From a virus (Duplodnaviria; Caudoviricetes), in IMG/VR virus record IMGVR_UViG_3300017782_004064, positions 1 through 59,093 of that record: a DNA stretch of 59,093 nucleotides, one strand, 5' to 3'. The notes under the pieces are model-generated. The model searched no databases, was not told where the DNA came from, and saw nothing but the letters and a program-made list of their open reading frames with translations. Below, piece by piece: positions 1 to 7,228 of the stretch (its first letter is position 1; each line of letters opens with the position of its first letter). Made by a program: the position numbers and the translations under genes.

Positions 1-107
1 CTCGCCGCGCTGAAAATATTAACAGTAAAGTTGAAAGAATACACTTGACAGACAGCTCAGATAGTTCTAGTATAGAGTCTGAAGATTGCACAATGTGTGA
101 AGGATAA
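1..107 (+). repeat. Terminal overlap A: 3' end of nrdA, second copy of 58569-58675
   Basis: Identical to 58569-58675 except two synonymous changes (T26 vs C58594; A104 vs C58672); indicates a circular/permuted assembly. Confidence 0.95.
45..73 (+). promoter_or_regulatory. Sigma70-type promoter embedded in the nrdA 3' end (second copy at 58613-58641)
   Basis: TTGACA-17 nt-TAGTAT. Confidence 0.6.
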
Positions 108-108
108 G

Positions 109-174
109 TTAATTTATTAGAACCAACTGTAAAGGAACAGAACGATGAAACTGCCATCAATTAAAGGAAAAAAG
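109..174 (+). repeat. Terminal overlap B: copy of 59028-59093
   Basis: TTAATTTATTAGAACC...AAAAAAG is identical at both window ends. Confidence 0.95.
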
Positions 175-429
175 AAAGCAACAACTAAAAAGGAAGCTAC
201 CAAGAAAGAAGCCCCTAAAAAGAAAGGGCCTAAGCTGGGACATTTCTCTATTCGTAAGTCAGGAGATGGTCAGTTCTATTTCCTTCTAGTAGCAGGCAAC
301 GGAGAAGTAATTATGCAATCCGAGATGTATACTCAGAAGATAGGCGCTAAGCGAGGCATTGAGGCTATTAAATACCACGCTAGTAAGGCCCCTGTTCGGG
401 ATAACTGTCCAGATGGCCGATCAAGCTAA
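145..429 (+). CDS. YegP/DUF1508-family protein with Lys-rich N-terminal tail
   Basis: FSIRKSGDGQFYFLLVAGNGEVIMQSEMYTQK motif; AAGGA RBS. Confidence 0.8.
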   Translation: MKLPSIKGKKKATTKKEATKKEAPKKKGPKLGHFSIRKSGDGQFYFLLVAGNGEVIMQSEMYTQKIGAKRGIEAIKYHASKAPVRDNCPDGRSS

Positions 430-446
430 AGAGTTTAGGAGCTGAG

Positions 447-563
447 ATGGAATACTTCAAGTGTCTGACCTGTGCGCATAAGTGGCATGCTGATGCAGGT
501 CCTCAACAGTGTTCTCGGTGCTTAGGCTCGTATGTTAAATGGATAACGTGGAAAGGGAAATAG
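447..563 (+). CDS. 38-aa zinc-ribbon protein (not in ORF track)
   Basis: MEYFKCLTCAHKW...QCSRCLGSYVKW; two CxxC pairs; AGGAG RBS; fills the gap exactly. Confidence 0.7.
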   Translation: MEYFKCLTCAHKWHADAGPQQCSRCLGSYVKWITWKGK

Positions 564-564
564 A

Positions 565-1401
565 ATGCCAATAACATTAATAGACAAACGATTTGATAGC
601 GAGATTACTTACGAGTCATTTACCTTCTCAGGAGGCGAGGAGCACGTTAAGGCACGAATTCCTGTACATGCCAGCGTTGAGGTGGTTGCTGAGCTGTGGA
701 GCTCTAAAGATCTTGTACAGCTTCTGTTAGTGTGCGACTCGCTAGACAGGCAGGGGAGAGCATACGAGCTTAAAATACCTTACTTTCCTTATGCTCGCCA
801 GGATCGGATATGTGATTACGGAGAGGCATTTAGCTTACGAGTAATTACTGACATAGTTAAGCGGTTACAGTACTACTCTCTAGTTATTGAGGATCCGCAT
901 AGCGACGTTACAGCGGCCTTATTAGAAGATGAAGATACCAGACTCACTGTCCGGCCCCAGCATAACTTGATTCCTCCTAAGCTGATTAAAGGAAAGCTGT
1001 TAGTATGTCCTGACGCAGGAGCTGAGAAGAAGGTCTTAAAACTAGCTCAGAAGCATAAAACTGATTATATCCTAGCAACGAAAGTGAGAGACGTCACAAC
1101 TGGAGAGATCACCTCTACAGAAGTATATGCTACTCGTAATACAGTAGAGGGGAAAGACTGCATTATAGTTGATGATATCTGTGACGGTGGCCGTACTTTC
1201 ATTGAGCTGGCAAAAGTCTTGAAAGCTAAAGGTGCTAAGACGGTTACTCTCTATGTGACTCATGGAATTTTCTCTAAAGGATTTTTAGCTTTACAGCCTC
1301 ATATTGATCAGGTATACTGGAGAAACAATCCTCCTCTTTTAGGAGAGAAAGAACAATTTGATACTTTAAAGATAACAGGCTTAAAAGGGAAGAAACTATA
1401 A
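565..1401 (+). CDS. PRPP-synthetase-family protein (candidate ADPR-PP synthetase, Adps of NARP1)
   Basis: FSGGE, PYFPYARQDR, DPHS, PDAGA, IVDDICDGGRTF, VTHGIFS motifs. Confidence 0.9.
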   Translation: MPITLIDKRFDSEITYESFTFSGGEEHVKARIPVHASVEVVAELWSSKDLVQLLLVCDSLDRQGRAYELKIPYFPYARQDRICDYGEAFSLRVITDIVKRLQYYSLVIEDPHSDVTAALLEDEDTRLTVRPQHNLIPPKLIKGKLLVCPDAGAEKKVLKLAQKHKTDYILATKVRDVTTGEITSTEVYATRNTVEGKDCIIVDDICDGGRTFIELAKVLKAKGAKTVTLYVTHGIFSKGFLALQPHIDQVYWRNNPPLLGEKEQFDTLKITGLKGKKL

Positions 1402-1440
1402 TGGAATACTATCAAACAGCCATAACCAAGGAATAGACAG

Positions 1441-3171
1441 ATGCATAAAAACCCACTACTAGCAATTGATTTCTATAAAGCCGATCACCGACGTCAGTAC
1501 CCTGAAGGGACTAACTATGTCTTCAGCAACCTAACACCTCGAAGCGATCGTTTAAGTAACCTGCCAAGCGACTCACCAGTAGTCTTTTTTGGATTGCAGT
1601 ACTACTGCCTAGAGTTCCTACAGGATTGCTGGGGAGATAATTTCTTTATGCAGCCTAAAGAGAAAGTGGTAGCAGACTACAAAGAGGTCATGGATTCAGC
1701 TTTAGGTCCAGATGCTTTCCCACTAGACCACATTGAAGCATTACACGACTTAGGGTACTTACCAATCAAGATTCGAGCACTTCCTGAAGGATCTACTGTT
1801 AAGCATGGCGTTCCAGTGCTGACTATTGAGAACACTCACCCAGACTTTTTCTGGCTAGTAAATTACTTAGAGACTTCTCTGTCAGCTTATCTGTGGAAGA
1901 TGTGTACTTCAGCAACTACTGCTCGTTGGTATCGAAGTTTAGTGTTAGATTTTGCTCAGCGGACAGCCTCTGAGGCTAGCTCTGCATTAGTGCCTTTCCA
2001 GTGCCATGACTTCTCATTCCGAGGCATGTCTGGCCTAGAAGATGCGGCCATGAGTGGAGCTGCCCACTTACTTTTCTTTAGCGGCACTGATACAGTACCA
2101 GCGATAGATTTTGTTAAGAACTACTATAGCGCTGAAGGCTTCATAGGCGGCTCTGTACCAGCTACTGAACACAGCGTAATGTGCATGGGCTCTAAAGAGG
2201 GAGAATTCCAGACATTTGAAAAGCTCATAAAAGAGACCTACCCCAGTGGGATAGTTTCTATTGTATCTGACACATGGGACTTCTGGAAAGTAATGACTGA
2301 ATATCTACCAGCTCTTAAGGATGATATTCTAGCTAGAGATGGCAAGGTAGTAATTCGCCCTGATAGTGGAGATCCTGTGGATATTATTTGTGGTACTTTA
2401 GAGACTTATGATTTCAGCCAGTATTTTGGAGAAGGTTCTAAAGAGTATGAATCTGATGAAGAATTTATTAAAAGCGTAAAAAGATTCGCTCGTGACAAGC
2501 TGTTAGAAGTGGCTCACGACTTACAAGAATTTGGCTGCTACGGTGAGAATAATTTTGAAGCTATCTTTACAGTAGGTGATAGAAGTTTCTATGGTAGAGT
2601 TTATATAGAATATAATCGTCACGATAAGACATACTACTATATAGACGATGCTACTGTAACAGAGTTTTCAGATATCTCAAATATCGAAGCCTCACAAAAA
2701 GGCGCAATAGAAGTTCTATGGGATACCTTCGGAGGAACAGTTAACGAGAAAGGCTATAAAGAGTTAGACTCGCATGTTGGCTTAATCTACGGAGATTCCA
2801 TCACGCCGCAGCGCGCAAAGACTATCCTAGAGCGCTTAGAAGCTAAAGGGTTTGCCAGCACGAATGTAGTCTTCGGTATCGGCTCTTACACGTATAACTA
2901 TACCACTAGAGACACTCACGGCTTTGCTGTCAAGGCTACTTACGGGGAAGTGAAAGGCAAAGGAAGAGAAATCTTTAAAGATCCTGCCACCGACAACGGC
3001 ACTAAGAAGTCTGCGAAAGGGCTCTTGAAAGTAGTGGCTGGTGAGCTGAAGGACGAACAGACTAAAGGACAGATGGCTGAAGAGGATGATTTCGAAGTAG
3101 CCTTTGAAGATGGTAATGCCAGAATTGACTATTTTGACGACATCCGCTTAACAGCTTTAAGCACTATTTAG
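1441..3171 (+). CDS. Nicotinamide phosphoribosyltransferase-family protein (candidate Namat of NARP1) with ~95-aa insertion
   Basis: DFYKADH, HDFSFRG, PATEHSVM, SIVSDTWD, RPDSGDP, IYGDSIT, GIGS, KDPATDNGTKKSAKG. Confidence 0.9.
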   Translation: MHKNPLLAIDFYKADHRRQYPEGTNYVFSNLTPRSDRLSNLPSDSPVVFFGLQYYCLEFLQDCWGDNFFMQPKEKVVADYKEVMDSALGPDAFPLDHIEALHDLGYLPIKIRALPEGSTVKHGVPVLTIENTHPDFFWLVNYLETSLSAYLWKMCTSATTARWYRSLVLDFAQRTASEASSALVPFQCHDFSFRGMSGLEDAAMSGAAHLLFFSGTDTVPAIDFVKNYYSAEGFIGGSVPATEHSVMCMGSKEGEFQTFEKLIKETYPSGIVSIVSDTWDFWKVMTEYLPALKDDILARDGKVVIRPDSGDPVDIICGTLETYDFSQYFGEGSKEYESDEEFIKSVKRFARDKLLEVAHDLQEFGCYGENNFEAIFTVGDRSFYGRVYIEYNRHDKTYYYIDDATVTEFSDISNIEASQKGAIEVLWDTFGGTVNEKGYKELDSHVGLIYGDSITPQRAKTILERLEAKGFASTNVVFGIGSYTYNYTTRDTHGFAVKATYGEVKGKGREIFKDPATDNGTKKSAKGLLKVVAGELKDEQTKGQMAEEDDFEVAFEDGNARIDYFDDIRLTALSTI

Positions 3172-3187
3172 AGAGGACTAGTAAGAA

Positions 3188-4210
3188 ATGACTAATTTAT
3201 TTGAGAGAGACACAGAAGCTTACAAGCCGACGTCTTACCCAGAAGCTTATAATTTCTGGCTAGAGCAGCAACGAGTTCATTGGCTGACTGAAGAGGTGCC
3301 TATGGATAAGGACTTGCAAGATTGGGTTCGGATACTGACTGACGAGGAGCGTAACTTCTTAACACAGATCTTTAGGTTCTTCACTCAAGGTGATGTGGAC
3401 GTAGCTTCTGCCTATTTAGATAAGTACATACCGACCTTTGGCAAGCACCCTGAAATCAAGATGATGATGACAGCCTTTGCTAATATGGAGACAGTCCACA
3501 TTGACGCCTACTCGAAGCTTATCGAGACAGTTGGCATGGCAGACACTGAGTATGAGGCTTTCCTTGACTATGAAGAGATGGCTGCTAAGCACAACTATCT
3601 TAATTCTGTAGAGATCAACTCAGGAGTAGGGATGCTCTATGAGCAGGATAAGACAGACCCTGACAATCTCATCATTACAGATAAGTCCTTGCGAGACGCT
3701 GCTAAGGCGCTAGCTATCTATTCAGGCTTTACAGAAGGCTTACAGCTGTTCAGCTCATTTGCTATGCTGCTTAACTTCGCTAGGTTCGGAAAGATGAAAG
3801 GTATGGGTCAGATTGTAACTTGGTCTATCCGTGACGAGACTCTCCATGTAGAGGGCATGACGTGGTTGTTCCGCCAGCTAATTACTGAGAATCCTCACAT
3901 CTGGACTGATGATTTCAAGCACGAGATCTATCAAGCATGCCGTGACATGGTGGAGCTGGAAGATGGCTTTATCGACTTGGCTTTCGAGCTAGGGGGAATC
4001 GAAGGACTCTCGCCAGCTGAAACTAAAGAGTTTGTCCGTTACATCGCTGACAGACGTCTCTTACAGTTGGGGTTGAAGCCTAATTACGGAATTAAAGAAA
4101 ACCCTTTACCTTGGTATAATGACATGTTAAACTCGGTAGAGCACGCTAACTTTTTCGAGACTAGAGCCACTGAATACAGTAAAGGCACTATGACGGGGAG
4201 CTGGGATTAA
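3188..4210 (+). CDS. nrdB: Ribonucleotide reductase class I beta subunit
   Basis: FFTQGD, ETVHIDAY, EGLQLFSSF, RDETLH, NFFETRATEY. Confidence 0.95.
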   Translation: MTNLFERDTEAYKPTSYPEAYNFWLEQQRVHWLTEEVPMDKDLQDWVRILTDEERNFLTQIFRFFTQGDVDVASAYLDKYIPTFGKHPEIKMMMTAFANMETVHIDAYSKLIETVGMADTEYEAFLDYEEMAAKHNYLNSVEINSGVGMLYEQDKTDPDNLIITDKSLRDAAKALAIYSGFTEGLQLFSSFAMLLNFARFGKMKGMGQIVTWSIRDETLHVEGMTWLFRQLITENPHIWTDDFKHEIYQACRDMVELEDGFIDLAFELGGIEGLSPAETKEFVRYIADRRLLQLGLKPNYGIKENPLPWYNDMLNSVEHANFFETRATEYSKGTMTGSWD

Positions 4211-4213
4211 CAC

Positions 4214-4963
4214 ATGGGAGACGAGAAGGTGTCAGTAACACTATTAAATAACATGGGAGATGACTTGACAGTAGTAAATGCTGCTAGAGTCTCATTCGCA
4301 AAAACTTCAACGTACATCCTACCTGAAGAGCCTGCTGGAGTAGACGAGCATGGAGAATACTGGGAAGAAGAGCTTAGAGAGGGCGATAAGAAGCTAATCA
4401 GCTACCTAGCCAAACATGGACACTGGACTCCGTTCAGCCAGCCTCAAATACAGCTTCACTACAAGATGCCTATATTCGTAGCTAGACAGTGGTTCAAGCA
4501 CACAGTAGGCTTTACACGCAATGAGGTCAGCAGACGCTATATCGCTGAGTCTCCCGAGTTCTGGGAACCTGCAAATGGCTGGAGAGGAGTTGCTGACGAC
4601 AAGAAACAAGGGAGTTCTGACGAGAAAGTATTAGAGAATCCTAGTTTAATTTATGCCTCTGCCGCACCTCTGGGAGTCAGTACAGAAGCTCTACCGTACG
4701 CAACTTATAGAGACCTTCTTGCTAGCTGTAAGCAGTGGTATCTTGATAATGAGCATATCTGTCCAGAACAGCGGCGAGCACTACTACCGCAAGCCATGAT
4801 GACAGAATTCCATGAGACGGGCTCTCTAGCTGCTTATGCTAGGTTAGTTAACTTACGCAATAAGCCGGATGCTCAGAAAGAAACTCAGGAGTATGCAGAA
4901 CTAGTTGACAAGCTCATCTCTCCGCTGTATCCTGAGAGTTGGAAAGCTTTAACTGGAGGATAA
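4214..4963 (+). CDS. thyX: Flavin-dependent thymidylate synthase
   Basis: VNAARVSF, HWTPF, PIFVARQWFKH, NEVSRRY, EQRRALLPQ, AQKE. Confidence 0.92.
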   Translation: MGDEKVSVTLLNNMGDDLTVVNAARVSFAKTSTYILPEEPAGVDEHGEYWEEELREGDKKLISYLAKHGHWTPFSQPQIQLHYKMPIFVARQWFKHTVGFTRNEVSRRYIAESPEFWEPANGWRGVADDKKQGSSDEKVLENPSLIYASAAPLGVSTEALPYATYRDLLASCKQWYLDNEHICPEQRRALLPQAMMTEFHETGSLAAYARLVNLRNKPDAQKETQEYAELVDKLISPLYPESWKALTGG

Positions 4964-4964
4964 G

Positions 4965-5330
4965 ATGACAGCAGCCGATAAACGAAACTTACAAGCTAAG
5001 AAAGAAGTCTTGATAGAGGAGATTGAACAGCAGAAGATTATGCTGAGGGCACTACAGAGCGCTCTTAGCAGGAATGAGACTGCCGTAATTAACTTAGACG
5101 AGGAACTCTCTAAATATAAGATGACTAAAAAAGAAGAGAACTCAATGGAAATCACTGACCATGCATTCACTAGATATCTAGAAAGAGTCATGGAGTTCCC
5201 AGTAGATGACCTTAAGAAGAAGATGAAAGAAGAGATCATGTCATACTCTGCAGCTGGAATCTGCAAAATACCGCTTAAAGGTAAATTTCAGGCTATCTGT
5301 AGGGATGGTGTTGTATTGACTATATATTAA
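4965..5330 (+). CDS. Coiled-coil + ITDHAxxRYLER-motif protein
   Basis: In-operon ORF with GGAGG RBS; motif recalled from small phage proteins. Confidence 0.6.
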   Translation: MTAADKRNLQAKKEVLIEEIEQQKIMLRALQSALSRNETAVINLDEELSKYKMTKKEENSMEITDHAFTRYLERVMEFPVDDLKKKMKEEIMSYSAAGICKIPLKGKFQAICRDGVVLTIY

Positions 5331-5336
5331 CTTTAA

Positions 5337-5420
5337 GGGCAGGCTGAGCATGAGTGAGCTCCGCAGACTGTAAATCTGTCGCCTTAGGCTGTGTGGGTGC
5401 AAATCCTACCCTGCCCACCA
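5337..5420 (+). tRNA. tRNA-Tyr (GTA) with encoded CCA
   Basis: Acceptor GGGCAGG/CCTGCCC, D stem GAGC/GCTC, anticodon arm GCAGA-CTGTAAA-TCTGT, long variable arm, T arm GTGGG-TGCAAAT-CCTAC, ACCA end. Confidence 0.92.
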
Positions 5421-5422
5421 CT

Positions 5423-5450
5423 GCTGAAGTAGCTTAACAGGCCTTCACCA
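5423..5450 (+). pseudogene. Probable tRNA deletion scar
   Basis: tRNA-like 5' start GCTGAAG-TA-GCTT-AA fused to a tRNA-like 3' end GGCCTTC-A-CCA, directly after tRNA-Tyr. Confidence 0.45.
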
Positions 5451-5473
5451 ACTAACTAGAAAAGGAAATTAAA

Positions 5474-5800
5474 ATGGCTGAATATATAATAACGATTACT
5501 GATAAAGACTTAGAGAAAGACACAGTAGACATTAACTTAGACTCGAAAGACGTCCCTGAAGATGTAGGCATTGAGAACACCACAGCAGCTACCACACTTA
5601 CCAGCATGCTCGTAGCGGACTTGAAAGAGCAGCAAGGGTTTCTGTGGAGTAAGTTCAGTGAGTTCTATGAGCTGAAAGCGCAGGCTGAAGAGAAAGCCTT
5701 AGAGTCGGCCTTATCAGAGGTGGCTGAGAATGCGCCAGTAGATGATGAGCTGATAGCACAGGCTAACTTAGAGGCTGCCAAGCTCAACGATGCAGGATAA
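5474..5800 (+). CDS. Acidic hypothetical protein
   Basis: ORF with AAAGGA RBS. Confidence 0.7.
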   Translation: MAEYIITITDKDLEKDTVDINLDSKDVPEDVGIENTTAATTLTSMLVADLKEQQGFLWSKFSEFYELKAQAEEKALESALSEVAENAPVDDELIAQANLEAAKLNDAG

Positions 5801-6068
5801 AGTAGAGAGAGTACTCAGTAGAGTTAGGGACCTCCACCCAGACATGCCAAGAAGGCTAACTAGTGGGGGTTGCTATCTTCTCTATGTACTACTAAAAGAG
5901 GTCTTTCCAGAAGCTGTAGCGCATTACGATGGAGACCACATCTATATAGAGATCTCTGGTAAGTACTACGACATTGAAGGAAAGCATTTACAAGTCCCTT
6001 CTAATATGATACCCTTTACAGAACCAAGACAAATTAAAGACGCACTAACTAGATGGGCTGAGAGATGA
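5790..6068 (+). CDS. Small protein with putative Cys-His-Asp (papain/transglutaminase-like) triad
   Basis: GGCY...DHIY...YYDIEG spacing. Confidence 0.5.
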   Translation: MQDKVERVLSRVRDLHPDMPRRLTSGGCYLLYVLLKEVFPEAVAHYDGDHIYIEISGKYYDIEGKHLQVPSNMIPFTEPRQIKDALTRWAER

Positions 6069-6283
6069 AAAATAAGATTAGAGTGGCGACAATTAAAGCA
6101 ACCTACTACCTAGGACACTTCTTCAGTATTCTTATGCAAACCCGCATAGCAGGGCTTCTACGCTTGACATACCCTCTCTATTGCGTTTATAATAAGTTAA
6201 TGCTTTACAGCTGCAGCCTAGATACTCAAGAGACTGTATGGAAAGCTAAACGACAAGAATTTAGGATAGATGATGACAGATAA
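6065..6283 (+). CDS. Hypothetical protein
   Basis: ATGA-coupled ORF. Confidence 0.55.
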   Translation: MKNKIRVATIKATYYLGHFFSILMQTRIAGLLRLTYPLYCVYNKLMLYSCSLDTQETVWKAKRQEFRIDDDR

Positions 6284-6506
6284 CCTCACAGATGCTTGGT
6301 ATTTCAGTGACGAGACTACTGAGAAGCAGGCTCAAATTATAGAGAACTTGGTAGTTGCGCTTACGGAAGTCTATCCAGAACTCTCTGTTGAGGAGCATAC
6401 AGATAACATTCAACAGCTACTCGGGATGGCAAGAGTAGACATGGAGAGGTATATGTACAGCCGTCTCTTGCGGATGTGCCCAGCTAACAGCTTACGGAGA
6501 GCCTAA
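6270..6506 (+). CDS. Hypothetical protein
   Basis: Overlapping in-operon ORF with AGGA RBS. Confidence 0.6.
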   Translation: MMTDNLTDAWYFSDETTEKQAQIIENLVVALTEVYPELSVEEHTDNIQQLLGMARVDMERYMYSRLLRMCPANSLRRA

Positions 6507-6507
6507 T

Positions 6508-6678
6508 ATGCATTACCGATCAGAAGACTTATTACATAACATTTCAAGCCGAGCCTGTGAAGGGGCTCATGATAGTCCTGACGGCATGCTCTATGAAGAG
6601 GTTATGAGCATACTTGCCAGAAAGATTGTAGAGCTAGAGAAGCGAATTAACATATTGGAGGAAGATGATGACATTTAA
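6508..6678 (+). CDS. 56-aa hypothetical protein (not in ORF track)
   Basis: MHYRSEDLLHNIS...ILEEDDDI; GGAG RBS; fills the gap. Confidence 0.55.
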   Translation: MHYRSEDLLHNISSRACEGAHDSPDGMLYEEVMSILARKIVELEKRINILEEDDDI

Positions 6679-7156
6679 GAAATTTGATACGGATAAGCTG
6701 CACCCATCACTGCTACCAGTAAAGCCTCTCGAAGAGGTCATTAAAGTACTCATGTTTGGCGCTGAGAAGTATGGACGAGATAACTGGAAAGAAGCCACTG
6801 AAGAGGACCAGGTACGTTACCTCGATGCTCTTATGAGGCACGCTATGGCATATGTTGACGGAGAGGAAGCTGACGAGGAAACTGGACTAAGCCATCTAGC
6901 ACACCTAGCTTGCAATGCCTTATTCTTACTAGAGTTTGGCTTACAAGAAAAGACAGCTGAGCAGGAAGTGCCCTCTTTAACTCCCAACTTAGACGCCTAC
7001 TACTACGAGCTTTCTAAAATAGATATAGACCAGTATAACCGAAACAGAGCGCCTGAGGATCAGCTTACTTGTCCGAAAGCTGCCTATAAGGTCTCTCATG
7101 AAGGCTCTGGAGACTATAAAAAGTACAAAGTCACGAAGGACTGGAAAGAAACGTAA
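6665..7156 (+). CDS. dATP/dGTP diphosphohydrolase-domain (DUF5664-like) protein
   Basis: KFDTDK, VLMFGAEKYGRDNW, DALMRH, DEETGLSHLAHLACNALFL. Confidence 0.8.
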   Translation: MMTFKKFDTDKLHPSLLPVKPLEEVIKVLMFGAEKYGRDNWKEATEEDQVRYLDALMRHAMAYVDGEEADEETGLSHLAHLACNALFLLEFGLQEKTAEQEVPSLTPNLDAYYYELSKIDIDQYNRNRAPEDQLTCPKAAYKVSHEGSGDYKKYKVTKDWKET

Positions 7157-7173
7157 CCAAACAGTGCCCAAAG

Positions 7174-7212
7174 AAAAACCCTCCTAAGAAGTTAATCCTG
7201 GGAGGGTTTTTT
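7174..7212. terminator. Bidirectional intrinsic terminator between the two genome arms
   Basis: AAAAA-CCCTCCTA...TGGGAGGG-TTTTTT between convergent genes. Confidence 0.9.
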
Positions 7213-7228
7213 AATGGCTCGAATAATA

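Noticed and set aside
2390-2695. Intein in the Nampt-like gene (also considered for the polymerase inserts)
   Set aside because: No C-terminal HN-C/S/T junction and no LAGLIDADG blocks.
6665-7156. Modified-base (Z-genome or 7-deazaguanine) pathway suggested by the dNTP diphosphohydrolase and MazG-like genes
   Set aside because: No purZ, queuosine-pathway or dpdA-like genes recognised; these hydrolases are common on their own.
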